Shown one piece after another: positions 58,963-64,000 of a stretch of DNA of 64,000 bases (position 1 is its first letter; each line of letters starts with the position of its first letter). This DNA is from Methanolobus sp. (GTDB lineage: Archaea > Halobacteriota > Methanosarcinia > Methanosarcinales > Methanosarcinaceae), in assembly GCF_030682845.1 (NCBI RefSeq), contig NZ_JAUXNK010000075.1:4234-68233 (forward strand). The letters run 5' to 3'. The notes under the pieces were generated by a model. The model searched no databases. It saw nothing but the letters and a program-made list of their open reading frames with translations, and was not told where the DNA came from. Position numbers and translations under genes: made by a program.

Positions 58963-60084
58963 ATGAGTTTGAACATAAGTGGAACAATAAAAGAAGTCCC
59001 TAAAGAGATAGAAAAACCAGCCGGCTCTCTGGAGGATATCATCCGTCCGGTTACAAAGGTTGAAAGGGTGCTGTATCCCATATCTGCTGTGGTGGGCCAG
59101 GAAAAGATGCTCAGGGCCCTTATACTGAACACCATCAATCCTTCCATAGGCGGCGTGCTTATAAGGGGGCAGAAAGGAACCGCCAAGTCCACGGCAGTCA
59201 GGGGACTGGCCGAGATACTGCCTGAAATAGAAGTGGTGGAAGGGTGTAAGTTCAACTGTGACCCTTCAGATACGGAGAAGATGTGCTGGGAATGCATGGG
59301 CAAAAGGTCTAAGGGGACCCTGCGTATCCAGAAGCGGCAGATGAAGGTCGTAGATCTCCCAGTGGGTGCTACCGAGGACAGGGTCGTGGGCAGCCTTGAC
59401 ATCGAGAAAGCTGTCCGGCAGGGTGTGCAGGCATTTGACCCTGGTATTCTTGCTATGGCCAACCGCGGCATATTATATGTGGATGAGATCAACCTGCTTG
59501 ACGATTTTGTTGTAGATGCGTTGCTGGATGCGGCAGCCATGGGTGTGAATACAGTTGAGCGTGAGGGTGTGAGTGTAAGCCATCCTGCAAATTTCATTAT
59601 CGTAGGCAGCATGAACCCGGAAGAAGGAGAGCTAAGGCCTCAGTTACTTGACAGGATCGCGCTGCAGGTGGAGGTCACAGGTATCTATGATGTTGAACTG
59701 CGTATTGAGATCGTGGAGAGGAGGAATCGCTTTAATGATGATCCTAAGCACTTCATGCGCGAGTTTGAGAGCGAGCAGGAAAAACTGCGTTCAAGGATAC
59801 TCAAGGCTATGCAGTTGCTGCCAAGGGTAACGACCACAAGGGACAATCTGCGTACCATTGCGGAGATATGCATCGTTTTCAATGTGGACGGCCACCGGGC
59901 TGACATCATGATCGAGCGCACGGCACGCACTAACGCTGCCTATGAAGGCAGGGAGCGCATCACAAATGATGACATCATCGAGGCTGCCGAAATGGTCCTG
60001 CCACACAGGATGCGCAAGAAGCCTTTCGAAGAAGAAGAATTCAGCACAGATCAGTTGCGTGCGGTAGTAGAAGGCAACTTCTGA
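58963..60084 (+). CDS. ChlI/BchI-like AAA+ ATPase (chelatase I / MoxR-related)
   Basis: AVVGQE, GQKGTAKS, LP.GATEDRV.GSLD, DEINLL, NPEEGELRPQLLDR, LPHR. Confidence 0.92.
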   Translation: MSLNISGTIKEVPKEIEKPAGSLEDIIRPVTKVERVLYPISAVVGQEKMLRALILNTINPSIGGVLIRGQKGTAKSTAVRGLAEILPEIEVVEGCKFNCDPSDTEKMCWECMGKRSKGTLRIQKRQMKVVDLPVGATEDRVVGSLDIEKAVRQGVQAFDPGILAMANRGILYVDEINLLDDFVVDALLDAAAMGVNTVEREGVSVSHPANFIIVGSMNPEEGELRPQLLDRIALQVEVTGIYDVELRIEIVERRNRFNDDPKHFMREFESEQEKLRSRILKAMQLLPRVTTTRDNLRTIAEICIVFNVDGHRADIMIERTARTNAAYEGRERITNDDIIEAAEMVLPHRMRKKPFEEEEFSTDQLRAVVEGNF

Positions 60085-60090
60085 CGGGGT

Positions 60091-61449
60091 GTGCACATGA
60101 ACTCCGGTGATAATGCCCAGCGACTTCGCAGGAACCTTCTCCGGAATTACGGAGTAAAGGTGATGTATCTCGGTGCAGCAGTGCTTGGATTGCGCATACC
60201 CCGGGAGTCGGTGGCGGATATATCTAAAAAGGACACTGACACACTATACGGGATCCTGCAGTATAATTTCGAGCAGGTAAGACCTGATGAGATCAGTGTG
60301 ATCTATATCATAGCTGATTCAGACCATCTGGAAATGGAGCCTTTAAAGTTCTTCGAACCTCTGTTGGGAAGTGTTGGAAATGCGCTGCTGGAACTGCCTT
60401 TGATACAGGCAGGAGAAACTCCTGCAGTACTCCTGGATGAAAAAGATGCGTTGATTGAAGATACGTCAGGCTTGTTTTCCTCCGGGGGGCAGGTCCTTGT
60501 AGAGCTGACACCAAAAGAATATCTCCCTGGAAATATTGAGGGTGAAAAGGACACCGGGCAGGCATCTGTTCCTGCTTCAGATACTGAATTACGCCGGGAG
60601 TTGCAGGAGGATAAGAAAGTCGGGAAGATCATGAATGATTTCGCCCGAAATTCTCCAAAGAAAAGGCTTGCCTCCGGCAGGCTGAAGTCCGGCAGGCGGG
60701 CAGAGGTGCTGACAAAAAGCAAGCGTGGGCGTTATGTCAGATACCGGATGCCCGGGGAAAAGATAAACGATATAGCCATTGCTCCAACTGTGCGCGCAGC
60801 GGCCCTGCACGCAAAGGATGGCAAACTTGAGATAATGAGTGGCGATATAAGGGAGAAGGTCCGCAGGAGACGCATTTCCAGCCTTATCACTGTTGTCTTT
60901 GATACGTCCGGTTCCATGGATGAGCAGGATAAGATAATGATCACCAAAGGTGTTGTCATAGCCCTGCTCAAGGATGCTTACCAGAGGCGTGACAGGGTTT
61001 CACTTGTAACTTACAGCGGCAGGTCTTCCCAACTTGTGCTGCCTTTCACCTCATCTGTGGAGGCTGCCAAAAGGTATCTGGAGAAGGTTCCCTTCGGAGG
61101 CACAACACCTATGGCCGCAGGTGTGCTTACCGGAATGGACACCATGTTGCGTGAGGTGAAAAAGGAACCTTCAGCAGTTCCCATAATGGTACTGGTCACG
61201 GACGGAACTGCTAACTGTGCCTTGCACCTGGGAGGCAATATCAGGAGGGAGGTACTGCAGGTTTGCAGGCAGATAGCCATCCATAATGTCAATATGCTTC
61301 TGGTGGATATCAGCCCCACAGGATCAAAACTGGTACAGGAGATGGCTGCTCATAGCAGGGGCAATTACTACCATCCCGGTTCGCTCAGCAAAGAGGCCCT
61401 GTACTCCGCCATCACACAGGAGAGGGATGCAAAAATTGCTTTTGTATGA
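60091..61449 (+). CDS. vWA-domain protein resembling the ChlD/BchD C-terminal half, with unrecognised N-terminus
   Basis: GRYVR, IA..PTVRAAA, MIDAS DTSGSM, YQRRDRVSL, GGTTP, VTDG. Confidence 0.88.
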   Translation: MHMNSGDNAQRLRRNLLRNYGVKVMYLGAAVLGLRIPRESVADISKKDTDTLYGILQYNFEQVRPDEISVIYIIADSDHLEMEPLKFFEPLLGSVGNALLELPLIQAGETPAVLLDEKDALIEDTSGLFSSGGQVLVELTPKEYLPGNIEGEKDTGQASVPASDTELRRELQEDKKVGKIMNDFARNSPKKRLASGRLKSGRRAEVLTKSKRGRYVRYRMPGEKINDIAIAPTVRAAALHAKDGKLEIMSGDIREKVRRRRISSLITVVFDTSGSMDEQDKIMITKGVVIALLKDAYQRRDRVSLVTYSGRSSQLVLPFTSSVEAAKRYLEKVPFGGTTPMAAGVLTGMDTMLREVKKEPSAVPIMVLVTDGTANCALHLGGNIRREVLQVCRQIAIHNVNMLLVDISPTGSKLVQEMAAHSRGNYYHPGSLSKEALYSAITQERDAKIAFV

Positions 61450-61511
61450 TGTTAAAGGGAATCCGGCACAAAGAAAAAAATCTTATATCTTTTTGACAGC
61501 GATATTATCAC

Positions 61512-62303
61512 ATGAACAGGATCTCAGGCTTAATTGTCTTCATAATGATAGTAGTTCTTGCATTCTCAGGCTGCCTTTCCTCCAGCACTGACGATGAAGC
61601 GGCAAGACCTGCTGCTGAAAGTGAGCTTGAAGTAGTTGCAGATCCGACTTTTGATACAGAAATACCAGTCTTTGAAGAACCAATTCCCGAAGAAATAAAT
61701 ATAGATATTGCAGCTGATTATTATAATCCAAATGTATATTCTCATATTGTTATTGAAGATTCAGCATTTGAGAGAGTCCACGGTGGCGATGTATCCGGTT
61801 ATATGCGAGAATATGCCCATGAAGGAGGCACTAGATTCACAATTGTGTCAACGAATCTCTTCACTGAACATCCAGATTTTTTAGGAACTCTGTTTTATTA
61901 CCGCGCAGACTTATCCCCCGTAGTTCTATCCGGCCTCCTGAAATCCGATGTCGGCCGTGAATTTTCAGAACAATATTTCCGACCCACATCCGGAACCTTA
62001 GAATTTTACCGCGACCTAAACGACCTTGACATGATCGAAGCGACCGCCCAAGCGACCTTAGCGGTTAAGGACCCCTACACAGGTCCTCGTTATAATTACG
62101 GTGCTTTAACATTGCATGGATCCAGCGGCGAGAAACATGTAATCATGATGCCTTATTTCAGTAATTTAGCAGCAGATTATGTTCAAGCAGATCAGACCGG
62201 TGGCTTAACTTCTGAGATTTATGAAATAAATAAAGAATTTAGTTTAAATAGAGGTCTTCCCGAATCTTATTTTAAAATTGCAGAACGAAATTTAGGTCTT
62301 TAA
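61512..62303 (+). CDS. Uncharacterised lipoprotein
   Basis: Lipobox LAFSGC, acidic linker, unrecognised domain; atypical codon usage. Confidence 0.75.
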   Translation: MNRISGLIVFIMIVVLAFSGCLSSSTDDEAARPAAESELEVVADPTFDTEIPVFEEPIPEEINIDIAADYYNPNVYSHIVIEDSAFERVHGGDVSGYMREYAHEGGTRFTIVSTNLFTEHPDFLGTLFYYRADLSPVVLSGLLKSDVGREFSEQYFRPTSGTLEFYRDLNDLDMIEATAQATLAVKDPYTGPRYNYGALTLHGSSGEKHVIMMPYFSNLAADYVQADQTGGLTSEIYEINKEFSLNRGLPESYFKIAERNLGL

Positions 62304-62304
62304 T

Positions 62305-62547
62305 TTAGCATTTACAGTCACAATTTTCAGTTTTAAATCTATTATTATCTGCGGAAGTTCCACAACTCTCAGGATATGGAGTACTAGGATCTAAATTAAC
62401 ATAATTACAACACTTATAGCATTTAATCTTGCATTCAGAAGTATGAGTTGGTACATCGAGTTTTTCTTTCATAATCCCGAAATATCCGCCAGTCGAGTTT
62501 GACACAAGAAGCAGTATCACAACCACAAGAATTAGCATAATCACCAT
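62305..62547 (-). CDS. Small Cys-rich pilin-like protein (class III signal-like N-terminus), 5' end uncertain
   Basis: Frame open upstream of the ATG reads ..KDRSKLSLNTIVAMVIMLILVVVILLLV; 8 Cys in the C-terminal half. Confidence 0.5.
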   Translation of the reverse strand: MVIMLILVVVILLLVSNSTGGYFGIMKEKLDVPTHTSECKIKCYKCCNYVNLDPSTPYPESCGTSADNNRFKTENCDCKC

Positions 62548-62654
62548 CGCAACGATTGTATTAAGTGATAATTTGGACCTGTCTTTTTGAAATGATGTTA
62601 TTTGAAGCTCAGAGCTGCAAAACTTTAATACTCTATAGTATATTATAGTAAACT

Positions 62655-62873
62655 ATGGCCACGACGATACAGATCAGTGAAGAACTGCAGGCTGAACTGG
62701 CAAACCGGAAACTTTTCTCAAGGGAGACCTATGAAGAGGTCATCTGGGACCTGCTCGAGGATACGAAAGAGCTTTCCGCTGAAACCAAAAGAGAGATAGA
62801 GGAGTCACGTGAGCAGATCAGGGCCGGGAAATTCTCAACTCTTGAAGAGGTCAGGGATGAGCTGGGTCTATGA
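62655..62873 (+). CDS. Antitoxin of type II TA pair
   Basis: N-terminal TTIQISEE (RHH-like), acidic C-terminus ..TLEEVRDELGL; 4-nt overlap with relE. Confidence 0.8.
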   Translation: MATTIQISEELQAELANRKLFSRETYEEVIWDLLEDTKELSAETKREIEESREQIRAGKFSTLEEVRDELGL

Positions 62874-63124
62874 CCTATACTGTGATCTTCTCTGAAAATG
62901 CAAAAAAGCAGTTTCAGAAGCTTGAACAAAATGTGCAAAAGAGAATAATAGCAGCCCTTGAGAGGATAAGGATACGCCCGGAAAGCTATATCTCAAAACT
63001 TGTGGGTGACCCGGGTTACAAATACAGGGTGGGGGATTACAGGATAATTCTGGACCTTGATAATGAGAATCTGTACATACTTGTTATCATGATCGGGCAC
63101 AGAAAGAGTATCTATACGCGATAA
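62870..63124 (+). CDS. RelE/ParE family toxin
   Basis: Y.VIFS..AKKQF.KL, KLVG, YRVGDYRII, IGHRK.IY. Confidence 0.92.
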   Translation: MTYTVIFSENAKKQFQKLEQNVQKRIIAALERIRIRPESYISKLVGDPGYKYRVGDYRIILDLDNENLYILVIMIGHRKSIYTR

Positions 63125-63170
63125 TGTGTTTCCAACTGTTTGGCAGTACCGGGTAGTCAGGGAATAAGCC

Positions 63171-64000
63171 GATACCGATACAACACTCATTGATGGGCGG
63201 CTTCTTGAGCGCATCGGTATGAAGCTGAAATGCTTGATTCATGCTTCCTTTGCCTCCGGCGGTTCTCAGGCGGCTGTATGAGGAAATGAAACTGATGCAC
63301 ACATATCATTCCAACGCCATGGAGGGAAACACTCTCACTCTTCAGGAAACAAAGATCGTGCTGGAGGAGATAACCATAAGCGGGAAATCCCTGAGGGAGC
63401 ATATCGAGGCCAGCAACACTGCAAGGGCCTTTGACTTGGTCGGGGACATGGCAAGGGGCAAGGTCCCCATAAATCATGTCAGTATCCAGCGGCTCCATGA
63501 AGTTGTAACTTCGGGCCTGCCTGAGGATGCCGGCAGATATCGCACAGATAATATAAGGATCACGGGTGTTGTAAAAACACCTCCTGATCGGTAAAAGATT
63601 GTCGTGCTCATGGATGAGCTGCTGGGCAGGGTGAGGGCAGCAGGCACCCATCCGATAGAGACCGTTGCATTGCTGTACCACAGGCTTGTTGAGATACACC
63701 CCTTCACCGACGGTAACGGCAGGGTGGCACGCCTTCTCACGAATCTCTACCTGATCTCCCGGAATTATCCACCGGTGGTCCTGAAAAAGGAAGACCGAAG
63801 GCAATACTATGCCTCACTCAGGTCGGCGGACTCCGGGAACCTGAAACCCTTGGCACAGTTCATCGCAAAGGCAGTCGACCACAGCCTGACTTTATATGTC
63901 TCGGCTTCCGGAGGTTCCGATGAGCTTCTCTTGCTTAAGGAACTGGCAGGATATACGCCTTACTCACAGGAGTACCTAAGCCTTCGTGCAAGGCAGTGAG
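63171..64000 (+). pseudogene. Fic-domain protein, disrupted (no start codon, frameshift ~63232-63240, TAA at 63592-63594); runs off the window
   Basis: IDGRLLERI in another frame; HSNAMEGNTLT; in-frame PPDR*KIVVLM; intact HPFTDGNGRVAR motif. Confidence 0.85.

Overview
Chromosomal segment of a methanogenic archaeon, most likely Methanosarcinaceae (Methanolobus/Methanomethylovorans-like). This assignment is inferred from cofD, PEF-CTERM proteins, a TRAM-fused aIF-2beta and the gene neighbourhoods. Most of the window is housekeeping: a two-component cluster, trpDFEG, a feo operon, the anaerobic cobalamin cluster (cbiP, cbiTLFGGHC), pan, aMBF1, proC, glmM, pheS, trpS, rpl10e, Moco/SAMP genes, tRNA-Pro(UGG), ubiX, cofD and a ChlI/vWA pair. 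Four accessory features stand out. (1) 31.1-39.2 kb: six co-oriented secreted-protein genes carrying about 10 copies of one ~130-150 aa domain I cannot name; two are large, very acidic, sequon-rich, anchorless proteins with Cys-bracketed domains (one ends in fasciclin) and four are PEF-CTERM proteins. (2) A single-chain double-Fluc (crcB-crcB) ORF with a hydrophobic linker, resembling the 9-TM eukaryotic FEX layout. (3) A two-gene cassette (CX4CH-ending protein plus Trx-CcdA fusion) lying between crcB and a truncated DUF190 remnant. (4) A low-GC right end with a lipoprotein, a pilin-like Cys-rich ORF, a RelE-type TA pair and a broken Fic gene. There are also candidate sRNAs, a 26-aa sORF, two probable non-canonical start codons and several candidate operators. 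No CRISPR array, rRNA, integrase or transposase was seen. All assignments come from reading motifs by eye; no database searches were run.
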